IMG/VR virus record: IMGVR_UViG_3300042261_000720
Strand: one strand, 5' to 3'
From: an uncultured virus (IMG/VR IMGVR_UViG_3300042261_000720)
Taxonomy: Duplodnaviria > Heunggongvirae > Uroviricota > Caudoviricetes
Length of the DNA stretch: 64,000 bases
Part shown: one piece after another, positions 26,810 to 36,165 of the stretch
How positions within the stretch are numbered: position 1 is the first letter of the stretch
Layout of the letters: every line of letters starts with the position of its first letter
Program-made: the position numbers and the translations under genes
The notes under the pieces: generated by a model
Database searches by the model: none
What the model saw: the letters and a program-made list of their open reading frames with translations, nothing else
What the model was told of the DNA's origin: nothing

Positions 26810-28278
26810 GTTTTTAATTTATTAGAAAACTGCTCAAGAAACTTGGAATGATGGATTAAAGTTTTTCTTTTTTCTGCTTCATTTTTATTAAAATCAATAA
26901 GCATTTGTTCAGATTGTTCATCACCAAGTCCATCGTTTTTTCTACAAATCTCAAATCCTAATTGACACAACCAGGTTGACCAATTTTCTCCAGAGAATAT
27001 TTTCCCCTGTCCTTGTTTTGGTAAACTATATGAATCTGTTTTTAAATGCTCAATGTATGATTCTAACCTTTCGGTTATCTTATAAGTTTCTTTAACCCAA
27101 TTCCAAAATCTACCAGATCTTTGAGTATTCCAATAGTGCATATTAACAAAATCAATACTATCCTCAAAGAATGCTTTCATTTGTGAATTAAATATTGAGC
27201 AATCGACATCATTAAAAAATCCTGTTTTTACTGGGTCACCAAGTTTCCAGATACCAGCACAAATCAATGCAACTCCTGTGCTTTCCAGTGGTTCGATAAA
27301 CCCTGCAGATAATCCAATGGGTACAACATTACCTTTCCACATATGCTCATGATAATATGGAGTCCAGTCAATCAGTTTAAGAGATTCTCTTTCTAAACGA
27401 TTATTCCAATGACTAATAAAGTAATCTTTAGCTTCTTCAGGATCTGTAATTGATCTATTAAAAACTAATCCAGATCCAATACGATTACGAACAGGTATAT
27501 TCCAAATCCAACCGTGTTCTACAGCCTCACAAGTTACATATGGTTTTCTTTCATCATCAATATTGTTATAGGGGATATGACCAGCAACTGCAGTGTCACA
27601 AAAAAGTCTATCTCTTAGATTATGAGGTTCTGATTTAGGACTAATAATTCTTTTAAATCCTGTACAATCAATAAAAAGACTTGAGGATACTATCGTTCCA
27701 TCAGCAAGAACAACATTTTTTAAATGATCACCATCAAAATTTACGTCAACAACTTCACTTTTTATTAAACTGACTTTAGATCCAGAAATCAATCTTTCCT
27801 GTAAGAATTTAACTAATTTACCACAATCAATATGAAAAGCATAGACTCCTAAATTATTTGGATCCACTGTATTATCAAATACACCAGGATATAGTGCTGT
27901 TACATAATTTTTAAAATCAAGGTGCTGATGCTTTGTCCACTGATTCATCAACGTTGTCTCAAACATATCAAAGTATGGAAAGCAAAATGGATGCCAAATA
28001 TCCTCACCTTCTTTGTGCCAATTAGTGAATAAAATTCCAGATTTAAAAGTTGCATCTACTACATCAAACCATTCATTAATTCCGATTCCACAATCATCCA
28101 TAAAGTTTTTAAAACTAAGAATGGTTGCTTCACCAACTCCAATTGGAGATCCATCTTCCTTATCAATAACAACTATCTCTGTTCCAGGAGGAGCATTATG
28201 ATTAAAATATGCTGCTGTTAACCAAGCAGAAGTTCCACCACCAACGATGGTTATCTTATTAATTTTAGTAATAGTCAT
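26794..28278 (-). CDS. Flavin-dependent halogenase (tryptophan halogenase family)
   Basis: IVGGGTS, IGVGEAT, ATFKSGI (catalytic Lys position), FIDCTGF, GWIWNIP, FIEPLESTG. Confidence 0.85.
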   Translation of the reverse strand: MTITKINKITIVGGGTSAWLTAAYFNHNAPPGTEIVVIDKEDGSPIGVGEATILSFKNFMDDCGIGINEWFDVVDATFKSGILFTNWHKEGEDIWHPFCFPYFDMFETTLMNQWTKHQHLDFKNYVTALYPGVFDNTVDPNNLGVYAFHIDCGKLVKFLQERLISGSKVSLIKSEVVDVNFDGDHLKNVVLADGTIVSSSLFIDCTGFKRIISPKSEPHNLRDRLFCDTAVAGHIPYNNIDDERKPYVTCEAVEHGWIWNIPVRNRIGSGLVFNRSITDPEEAKDYFISHWNNRLERESLKLIDWTPYYHEHMWKGNVVPIGLSAGFIEPLESTGVALICAGIWKLGDPVKTGFFNDVDCSIFNSQMKAFFEDSIDFVNMHYWNTQRSGRFWNWVKETYKITERLESYIEHLKTDSYSLPKQGQGKIFSGENWSTWLCQLGFEICRKNDGLGDEQSEQMLIDFNKNEAEKRKTLIHHSKFLEQFSNKLKTWNIK

Positions 28279-28808
28279 TTACGCAAAATGGGGTAATCTA
28301 ATTTAATGTTTCCAGCGATTGTAGACCCTTCATTGCCATGAAGAGCCATATGTAAAAGAAAGGAAGGAAAAATAATTATATCTCCTTTTGTTAAATTGGG
28401 TTTATAGTCACAGGGAAATCCTGGTACAGACATTCCCATATGATTTTGTATCTCTTTCATTGCTGGATGAAAAAATACAGTTTTTGAAACAGGGACTGTC
28501 TCATAAATTATAAAACTCCACTGACAATGTGGATGAATATGAGGTTCTTGATAATCAGTTTTTTTATATACGTTTCTCCAAATATCAAATATTTTAGCAT
28601 TAGTATAATTAGACTCAATTGTATTAATATTTCTTGTAATAACTTCTATCAAGTGCTCCCAAGTTTCATCGGTTATTTTATGTTGAGCAGCATATGTTGT
28701 TGGAGTTTCACTATCCCAAGTTAATTGAGTTGGTTCATCACTAATATTAATTTTAGAGAGATCGACTTTATCCTCAAATATTGGAATAGCAAATATATCT
28801 TTTCTCAT
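28275..28808 (-). CDS. 2OG-Fe(II) oxygenase-like protein (HxH type)
   Basis: W.NVY...YQEPHIH, GDIIIFPSFLLH. Confidence 0.7.
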   Translation of the reverse strand: MRKDIFAIPIFEDKVDLSKINISDEPTQLTWDSETPTTYAAQHKITDETWEHLIEVITRNINTIESNYTNAKIFDIWRNVYKKTDYQEPHIHPHCQWSFIIYETVPVSKTVFFHPAMKEIQNHMGMSVPGFPCDYKPNLTKGDIIIFPSFLLHMALHGNEGSTIAGNIKLDYPILRK

Positions 28809-30598
28809 TCATTAGTAACCTCAACAAGCAACCCATATTCTGGAAGGTAAAGATACTCGATTAAACTATTTGCAAGAGTACGAAGAGCATCGTCTAGAGT
28901 CTCAACTAATGGTTCTCCACCAAGATTAAAAGAAGTATTAAAAATAATTGGACAACCAGTTTGATTATAGAACTCAGAAATGAGATTGTAATAATGTTTA
29001 TTTTGCTCTTCTGTTACTGTTTGAATTCTACAAGTACCATCAACATGAATGATTGCTGGAATTTTTTCCTCAATACCTTCCTTGCAATTTACAGCATACA
29101 TCATAAAGGGAGAATCTTCCATTCCACGAAGATCAAACCATTCATGGACATATTCCTGAAGAATAGATCCAGCAAAAGGTCTAAAATATTCACGGCGCTT
29201 AATAGTGTTTACATGATCTTTACCATTTGGATCACGAGGATCATAAAGAATCGAACGATTGCCAAGAGCACGAGGACCAGCCTCTGATCTTCCCTGGAAT
29301 AATGCAACAATATTTTTCTCAGTAATTAGTTTAATAACATCACTGTAAGTTGCTTCAACTACTTTAGATGCATTATATTTTTTACAAGTTTCTAAAATTT
29401 GATCAGTCGTGTACATATATTCAGGACCAGTATAAAGATTAGTAATTTGAGTTCTCACTTTAGAATCATTTGCAACCTTATGATAATACATTAGTGCTGC
29501 ACCAATAGCAGTTCCAGCATCATTACTTACGGGTTCTACAAACAAATTAATACCCTCATCTTTAAGTTGATCAAGATACCAATAATTTGCAACACAATTT
29601 AGTCCGTATCCACCAGATAATACAACATTATTATTGCCACTCATTTTGACTGCTTTACGAATAAGATCCACAACCATTTGTTGAGATTCTGTTTGAATGG
29701 CATATGCCATATCTCTTCGGTTCTGAAGAAGAGTTAGATCCTCAAAAGATTTAGGAGTCTGAAGAAATTCATATCTACCTTCATTTACCAAAGCACCGTT
29801 TGGATAGGTGGGAATAATTACATTTCTATCACTGGTTTTCCAAATACCACCATTACCATCAGTAAAAATAGGTGGTATTTTAGAGTTCTTCTTTCCATAT
29901 GGGAACAATCCCATAGTTTTACCAGCCTCAATAGAAGGCCAACCACAATACTGCGTTACTGCCTCGTATGCTTTCGTAATACCAGCACTATCATCCAAAA
30001 CTAATTCATGAGTTCCTTCCTCACCTTCTCTTTCACTATCCATCTCAGGAACCCAAGCCCCCCTCCAGGGACCTCTTCCGCCTTGATGCTTGTAAAGAGT
30101 TTTAAAATCTGATGGATACTCACAACTAAAAATCGATTCCAATTCCCAAGTCATTTCTTGGTTTTGACCTAGTTGCATTGGAATAAAACTTCCTGCACCG
30201 TCAACAACTAAAGAAACTGCACTCTCAAAACCAGAACGATAAAATGCACAAGCAGCGTGTAACTTGTGATGTATACTACTTAAATCGATAACTTGAGGGT
30301 GATCATAACTTTTAACATTTCTTTCAATCAACCCAAGTTTTCTTGCCAATCCAGTATACATATCGTCGCCAGAAAAATCAATTTTTCCAGCATCACTTAA
30401 TGGTTGAGTATGTGCAATAATTAAGTAGTCTAACTTATCAGTATAATCAAGTATTTTAACCATTGATGCCAATGGTCCACCATCATACTTTGCTCTGGAT
30501 AAACGTTCTTCCTCAATAGCAAGAACTATTTCACCATTCTTAAGCAAACAAACGCCAGCATTATGCCCTCGTGTAATCGCAGCTATCCATTGAGTCAT
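28805..30598 (-). CDS. Carbamoyltransferase (NodU/CmcH/TobZ family), full length
   Basis: EEERLSR, HHKLHA, GGYGLNCVAN, EAGPRALGNRS, KRREYFRPFA, HVDGTCRIQTV, NTSFNLGGEPLV. Confidence 0.9.
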   Translation of the reverse strand: MTQWIAAITRGHNAGVCLLKNGEIVLAIEEERLSRAKYDGGPLASMVKILDYTDKLDYLIIAHTQPLSDAGKIDFSGDDMYTGLARKLGLIERNVKSYDHPQVIDLSSIHHKLHAACAFYRSGFESAVSLVVDGAGSFIPMQLGQNQEMTWELESIFSCEYPSDFKTLYKHQGGRGPWRGAWVPEMDSEREGEEGTHELVLDDSAGITKAYEAVTQYCGWPSIEAGKTMGLFPYGKKNSKIPPIFTDGNGGIWKTSDRNVIIPTYPNGALVNEGRYEFLQTPKSFEDLTLLQNRRDMAYAIQTESQQMVVDLIRKAVKMSGNNNVVLSGGYGLNCVANYWYLDQLKDEGINLFVEPVSNDAGTAIGAALMYYHKVANDSKVRTQITNLYTGPEYMYTTDQILETCKKYNASKVVEATYSDVIKLITEKNIVALFQGRSEAGPRALGNRSILYDPRDPNGKDHVNTIKRREYFRPFAGSILQEYVHEWFDLRGMEDSPFMMYAVNCKEGIEEKIPAIIHVDGTCRIQTVTEEQNKHYYNLISEFYNQTGCPIIFNTSFNLGGEPLVETLDDALRTLANSLIEYLYLPEYGLLVEVTNE

Positions 30599-30603
30599 AA
30601 TTA

Positions 30604-31767
30604 TTACTTAGTTTTTTCTAAAAGATTTTTAATTTCTTGATCCAAATTTAAACCAGATCCAAATCCTTTACCATTACCAGACTTTTTAGTTGACGTTGCA
30701 CTCTTTGGTAGCATAATCGGAGACGAAGATTGATCACTTTGCTTTAATACTGGTTGATTATTTGATGTACCACAAGGAGCACAAGATGATTTTTGTTCTT
30801 GTGGTACAAAATTTCCAGTATAGGCAACAGATTTACCCATTCTCTTACGGACAGAAGAAATCACCTGAGCGATTTGTTCTTTATTCATCTCCATCGCCTC
30901 ATCATTATATCTGTCAATTTCATCATCTATTGAGATGCGAATAGGACTATATCTCCTCTTATCTTTAGCTACATCAATAATATCAAAGTCTTTACATTCA
31001 GGATATGAAATATTTTCTGGATATGTAGATCCCAAAACAACTGTTGCGGTTTTATCAAATGCCCGAGCAATATGTTGCCCCATACTATCACATCCTAAGA
31101 AATGATCTGAAGCATTAATGATGGATGTCCAAAGGCGCATATCAGCAATCTGAGGACGAGCAACTTTATACTTTCCTTTATCTTCATCCTTTTCCAAAGG
31201 AAAATGAATCTCACTCATAATAATAACACCATAGTCTCTCTTTAATTCATTGATAATATCAACAATACTGGATAGTGAAAAACTACGAGAAGATGGATCT
31301 GCAATGAAATCATTTCCAATTTGCTCTACACTTCTTCCAAAAGGTTGAACAACTAATATTTTATCCTTTCCAGTTACTGCTTTTACCTCTTCTACAGCAT
31401 TAAAACCAGAAAGTAATTCTGTTTTATTCAGAACAATAGTTGGCTTAGGAAGATCTCTTGGTTCTTCTACACCATTGATCAGAATATCAAATGCTTGAGA
31501 AAGACTACATTTTTGATTATAATATTCCCACAAACGATATGGTTCTAAAGAAACACAATCTCTGTGTTTAATTTCTGTTTCAAATAATCCCTTGTGCCAA
31601 CTATCAAAAACTTTGTTATGAAGAACAGGATGTCCTTTGTAAAAATCTGTTCCCCCTTCACAAACAATAATAAAGTCGTCGTGTGTTTCTGCGTATTTTT
31701 CGAATGCTGGAATGGAGCAAATAACACGCCCAGCTCCACCATTCATAAAGAATGCTTTTGATCTCAT
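30604..31767 (-). CDS. GT-B glycosyltransferase, GT9 (heptosyltransferase)-like
   Basis: GGAGRVICSIP near the N-terminus; FLGCDSMGQHIARAF..TATVVLG matches the GT9 DSGxxHxAxA motif. Confidence 0.6.
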   Translation of the reverse strand: MRSKAFFMNGGAGRVICSIPAFEKYAETHDDFIIVCEGGTDFYKGHPVLHNKVFDSWHKGLFETEIKHRDCVSLEPYRLWEYYNQKCSLSQAFDILINGVEEPRDLPKPTIVLNKTELLSGFNAVEEVKAVTGKDKILVVQPFGRSVEQIGNDFIADPSSRSFSLSSIVDIINELKRDYGVIIMSEIHFPLEKDEDKGKYKVARPQIADMRLWTSIINASDHFLGCDSMGQHIARAFDKTATVVLGSTYPENISYPECKDFDIIDVAKDKRRYSPIRISIDDEIDRYNDEAMEMNKEQIAQVISSVRKRMGKSVAYTGNFVPQEQKSSCAPCGTSNNQPVLKQSDQSSSPIMLPKSATSTKKSGNGKGFGSGLNLDQEIKNLLEKTK

Positions 31768-31821
31768 TGAATCAACCTCAGATACTTAAATTATAGCATA
31801 ATCTATCAATATTTAGACCTA

Positions 31822-32472
31822 TTACATAAACATAACCTGAACTAATCTATCGCAATTTTGAAACATTCCTGGTTCTAAAACTGCCCCATGAACTTGATTT
31901 GCATCATATAATAAACAACGATTATAAACCATTTTACAACGATGTTCTTTTTTAGGTCTATTCTCTGTGCCATCATCGTTTGGTGAAACAACAGAATAAA
32001 AATCTGTTCCCCCTTCACATTCTTCAGGAGTATTCAGATATACTAAGGCACCCCATTTATTATAAGGACCATCAACATGACAAGCAGTGTCTGTAGTTCT
32101 TCCAGATTTAATAATCTCATCATTGTTAGTTACATTAACAACAAATCTCATATAACTCCATTTATTATAATGATGTTGCTTATCAAACTTAATATGCCAA
32201 TCTGGATGAGTGCATAATTGCTCAAACACATATGCCATTTTATTTCCCATTTCTTCGATTATTTCTTGCTCTTCTTCCCAAACTCTTCTACCAATTGCCC
32301 CAGCAAGTCTTTCTTTATCAGTATATAATTGAGATGTTTTAGCAAGTTCTCTTACTTCATCTGGGTTTTGGTAGAAATTATCAATTACAAAAACCATTTT
32401 ATCAATTCCAGACCAGGCACGATCAGGAACCTTTTCTATTTTAACTTTTAAATCAGGATTGATTTCAAACAT
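31822..32472 (-). CDS. DUF6445-like 2OG-Fe(II) oxygenase
   Basis: VIDNFYQNPDEVR, HVD, VYLN..GGTDFY, YNR...H, RLVQV. Confidence 0.7.
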   Translation of the reverse strand: MFEINPDLKVKIEKVPDRAWSGIDKMVFVIDNFYQNPDEVRELAKTSQLYTDKERLAGAIGRRVWEEEQEIIEEMGNKMAYVFEQLCTHPDWHIKFDKQHHYNKWSYMRFVVNVTNNDEIIKSGRTTDTACHVDGPYNKWGALVYLNTPEECEGGTDFYSVVSPNDDGTENRPKKEHRCKMVYNRCLLYDANQVHGAVLEPGMFQNCDRLVQVMFM

Positions 32473-33005
32473 TACAACAGAGGGATTGCACCAAAATTTT
32501 CAGTAGGTAAAACCATACCAGTATAATCACTATCTAAAATTATATCATATCCTATAGTAATTCGTTTACCAGTATAATTAGATTTATTAACTACTCTATG
32601 TAAATGTTTTCCTGGACCAAAATAGATATTGCCACATTCATTCTCAATTTCCCAATCTTCAAATTCAGTTACAGTATCTTGTGGTTCGATAGAAATATAA
32701 CCATGCCAACTAGAACTGTGATTATGCCAGTCTAAAACCTCATCATAGTCTTGATAATTTAACCAAGACTGAATCCAAATCATTTCATTTGGAATTTTTT
32801 CTCTAACAATATCTCTGATCTTTTTAAAGATCACATACATGTGCTTCGAAGGAGAAGATACCCCGAAAATATTATAATAAATGTATGCCTTTGTCGGATC
32901 AAAAACTCCAAAAGAGTTTAAATTATTTTGAGATATTTTTAACTCTTGTATAATCTCTTTTTGATTTTCTTTTATATAATCAAAATTTAATAATGTATAA
33001 TTCAT
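32472..33005 (-). CDS. 2OG-Fe(II) oxygenase-like protein
   Basis: QSWLN, LDWHNH, HGYISI, HRV, RITIGYD. Confidence 0.6.
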   Translation of the reverse strand: MNYTLLNFDYIKENQKEIIQELKISQNNLNSFGVFDPTKAYIYYNIFGVSSPSKHMYVIFKKIRDIVREKIPNEMIWIQSWLNYQDYDEVLDWHNHSSSWHGYISIEPQDTVTEFEDWEIENECGNIYFGPGKHLHRVVNKSNYTGKRITIGYDIILDSDYTGMVLPTENFGAIPLL

Positions 33006-33015
33006 TTATTAAAAT

Positions 33016-33711
33016 TTAGTCGGGATCTTTGTAATCAGGAACGTTAGGAAACATAAAATAAGCAATAGTAGGAGGAACTCCAGCAGCTTCCAAAGTAGTT
33101 GGGAGATCTCTTAAAATTTGTCTATATGCCATCCACTTTTGTTTTAGTTCTTCTGGCATATCTTCAGCAATTTCAGTATCACTCGTTTTTAGAATTCTAT
33201 CTCTATGCTTTCTAACATCATCCCAAGTAAGTGGTTCTTCTCTATCAAGAAGTTTTTTATATACACTGTATGCTGGAACAGTAGGAACACCATCAACTAC
33301 CGTTAGATCCCACTTATCAAAGATATCCATCGGCATCAAAGGAGTTGAATAACTATATCTATCATATCCTTCCACTTCTGGAGAATCTGGATGATATTCA
33401 GAACCTGTAGGTTGTTCTTGTAATTCATTGATTATACCAGCTCTTAACTGACAAATCAATGGATATTCTCTACAATCAACCTCAAACCATTCTGCAACAT
33501 CAGCAGGCATTGGTCTACCATCAGCAATATCAGATGCTTCTAATGGACCATATTTTTCTCTACCATTCTCATCAATTTGGAGCCAAATCTTATCTGGTCC
33601 ATGATATGTGTACTTTCTACTTTTTCCTTCAGAGAAAGAATGATCTACCAAAAATTTATTTGGTAATGGTAGATCAAATTCTACAGAGATAATATTTCTA
33701 TCGATAGTCAT
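33016..33711 (-). CDS. Tail fibre assembly chaperone-like protein
   Basis: C-terminal WDDVRKHRDRILKTSD...WMAYRQILRDLP motif; TATAAATA at 33750-33757. Confidence 0.7.
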   Translation of the reverse strand: MTIDRNIISVEFDLPLPNKFLVDHSFSEGKSRKYTYHGPDKIWLQIDENGREKYGPLEASDIADGRPMPADVAEWFEVDCREYPLICQLRAGIINELQEQPTGSEYHPDSPEVEGYDRYSYSTPLMPMDIFDKWDLTVVDGVPTVPAYSVYKKLLDREEPLTWDDVRKHRDRILKTSDTEIAEDMPEELKQKWMAYRQILRDLPTTLEAAGVPPTIAYFMFPNVPDYKDPD

Positions 33712-33752
33712 AACTTTCAGAGACAACTGAACTTTAATGTTTCTATGTATAT

Positions 33753-34538
33753 TTATAGGAAACTAATCTTAACCAATCCAGGTCCACCCATACCACCTTG
33801 TCCACAACAAGCACCTGATCCACAATATGTAGTCATAGCACCCATACCACCATGACCATATGGAACTGTCCAACAACCACAGCGCATCCAACATTCGTGA
33901 ATATTTTGGCCTACTTGAGTGCCAATAAATGGAGCAGGAGTTGGAGATGCACCTTGACAATGACAGTGGCATTGAGACTTGTGAACAAAGAATGTTCCTC
34001 TATGATTTCCCATACCAAAGTCACCACCATTAGATGTAGGACCTAAGCAACAAGAAAAGAATGAAGCACAAGCTTCGTTCCAAGCAGTATTTGCACAACC
34101 ACCTTCACCACCAATGGCACAAAAATTACTTAACCCACATCCAGTTACATAAGAAGAACAACCATTACAAGCAGTACACTCAAGTCTACAACAATTACCA
34201 TTACCAGCAGCACAAACTGTATATTGCCATCCAGGACATACCGTTAACATTTTGGAATTATAGTATCCACCACCAGCACCAGAATAATGATGACAACGAG
34301 CACAAGTGCAAGCTCCGTGGCCGCCGCCACCTGCACCCCACAACTCAATGAATACTTTTCTTACTCCAGTTGGAACTGTCCAAAGGCAGCAGCATCCCTG
34401 AGAACATGCATCTTGAGGTCCATAAAACCATTTAACACACCAAGTAGAAAGAGCATTTTGAGAAACTGCAACTTCAGGGATAGTACCATCTATAATAGAT
34501 GTTCCATCAACTTTTTTGTAACTTGTATATGACGCCAT
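33753..34538 (-). CDS. Cys/Gly-rich fibre-associated protein, paralogue 3
   Basis: CCCLWTVPTGV..ELWGAGG, GQGGMGGPGLVKI. Confidence 0.7.
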   Translation of the reverse strand: MASYTSYKKVDGTSIIDGTIPEVAVSQNALSTWCVKWFYGPQDACSQGCCCLWTVPTGVRKVFIELWGAGGGGHGACTCARCHHYSGAGGGYYNSKMLTVCPGWQYTVCAAGNGNCCRLECTACNGCSSYVTGCGLSNFCAIGGEGGCANTAWNEACASFFSCCLGPTSNGGDFGMGNHRGTFFVHKSQCHCHCQGASPTPAPFIGTQVGQNIHECWMRCGCWTVPYGHGGMGAMTTYCGSGACCGQGGMGGPGLVKISFL

Positions 34539-34551
34539 TTGATTCTACTCC

Positions 34552-35349
34552 TTAGAAATATGTAATTTTAACAAGACCAGGGCCACCCATACCACCTTGT
34601 CCACAACAACCAGACCCACAATAAGATGACATAGCACCTTGTCCACCATGTCCATAAGGTACAGTCCAACAACCGCACCTCATCCAACAGAAGTTAATAG
34701 ATTGCTGCACTGTAGTTCCAAGAAGAGGAGCTGATGTTGGTTGAGTGAATTGATGATGGCAATGGCAGAATCCAACAGCAAACCACCACTCAACTGCACC
34801 GAAAGTTCCAGGATGGTTTTGATATCCAAGATCACCACCATTGTTTGCACCTTGTAAGCAACATTCCCAAGCAGAAGCACAAGCAGTTGTCCAATCTGCA
34901 GTTGCACATCCCGCAGCGCCGCCAGTAGCACAGAAATTACTTAAATTATATCCATTTATAAAAGAAGAGCACCCAATACAACCAGTACATTCAAATCTAC
35001 AACAGTTACCATTACCCGCAGCACAAACAGTATATGTGCATCCAGGAGTAGTAGAAATCATTTTAGAGTTGTATGATCCACCACCTGCTCCTCTATAGTG
35101 TTGACATCTACCACAAGAACAAGCTCCGTGACCAGCCCCACCTGCACCCCATAATTCGAGGAAAAGTTTTGTTACTCCAGTTGGAACTGTCCAAAGGCAG
35201 CAGCAACCACTAGAACAAGCATTAGGATCACCATAGAACCATTTAACACCAAAGTTTTTACGAGCATCTATTTCTAACTGAGTATCAGTTAGAGTTCTGC
35301 TAATAAAAGAAGTTCCATCAACTTTTTTGTAACTTGAGTATGATGCCAT
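34552..35349 (-). CDS. Cys/Gly-rich fibre-associated protein, paralogue 2
   Basis: Same motif layout; GGA-type RBS. Confidence 0.7.
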   Translation of the reverse strand: MASYSSYKKVDGTSFISRTLTDTQLEIDARKNFGVKWFYGDPNACSSGCCCLWTVPTGVTKLFLELWGAGGAGHGACSCGRCQHYRGAGGGSYNSKMISTTPGCTYTVCAAGNGNCCRFECTGCIGCSSFINGYNLSNFCATGGAAGCATADWTTACASAWECCLQGANNGGDLGYQNHPGTFGAVEWWFAVGFCHCHHQFTQPTSAPLLGTTVQQSINFCWMRCGCWTVPYGHGGQGAMSSYCGSGCCGQGGMGGPGLVKITYF

Positions 35350-35360
35350 TTGTTTTTTCC

Positions 35361-36149
35361 TCAGAAATATGTAACTCTAACAATACCAGGACCACCAGTT
35401 CCACCTTGTCCACAACAACCAGATCCACAATATGTAGTCATAGCGTTTTGTGCCCCAGAACCATAAGGAACTGTCCAACAAGCACATCTCATCCAACATT
35501 CAGTTAGTTCCTGAACTACACCACCACTACCTAAGAAGGGAGCTCCTGTACTGCAAGAAACGTATCTATAGCAGTGGCAAGCAAAGGATCCAGCATATGC
35601 CCCCCTGTGATTGCCCATACCAAAATCACCATTAGCTCCTCCTGGAGAAAAACAACATTTTGCCCAATCAGAGAAACACATTGTGTTCCAAGCACCATCA
35701 GCACATCCACAAGATCCACCTAAAGCACAGAATCCACTTAAGTTACATCCAGTGACGTAAGATGCACATCCATCACAAGAATTACATTCAATAGATAAGC
35801 AAGGATATACTCCACCAGCACAAATTGTATATTGCCAACCAGGACAAACACTGATTGTTTTACTATTATAATATCCACCTTGAGCACCAGCATAATGCTG
35901 ACATCTGCCACAAGAGCAAGCTCCAGAACCATTACCACCAGCTCCCCAGAGTTCGAAAGTAACTCTTCTCACTCCAGTTGGAACTGTCCAAAGGCAACAA
36001 CAACCAGGACTGCATTGCTGAATATTACCATACACCCACAAAACACAATAATTTCTTAAAGCACCAGAGTTAAATTTTGCATCTGTAACTGTCCCAGATA
36101 AAATCTGGGATCCAGCATCAACTTTTTTGTAGCTTGTGTAACTTGCCAT
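35361..36149 (-). CDS. Cys/Gly-rich fibre-associated protein, paralogue 1
   Basis: 30 Cys in 262 aa by hand count; same motif layout. Confidence 0.7.
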   Translation of the reverse strand: MASYTSYKKVDAGSQILSGTVTDAKFNSGALRNYCVLWVYGNIQQCSPGCCCLWTVPTGVRRVTFELWGAGGNGSGACSCGRCQHYAGAQGGYYNSKTISVCPGWQYTICAGGVYPCLSIECNSCDGCASYVTGCNLSGFCALGGSCGCADGAWNTMCFSDWAKCCFSPGGANGDFGMGNHRGAYAGSFACHCYRYVSCSTGAPFLGSGGVVQELTECWMRCACWTVPYGSGAQNAMTTYCGSGCCGQGGTGGPGIVRVTYF

Positions 36150-36165
36150 AGTTGTATATTACCTA

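Noticed and set aside
33753..36149. Diversity-generating retroelement among the Cys-rich paralogues
   Set aside because: No reverse transcriptase in the window; the differences look like ordinary synonymous changes and indels, not adenine-specific ones
33753..36149. Cys-rich proteins as classical RiPP precursors
   Set aside because: About 260 aa with a fibre-type Gly scaffold and chaperone; no leader peptide, radical SAM, YcaO, LanM, peptidase or transporter nearby
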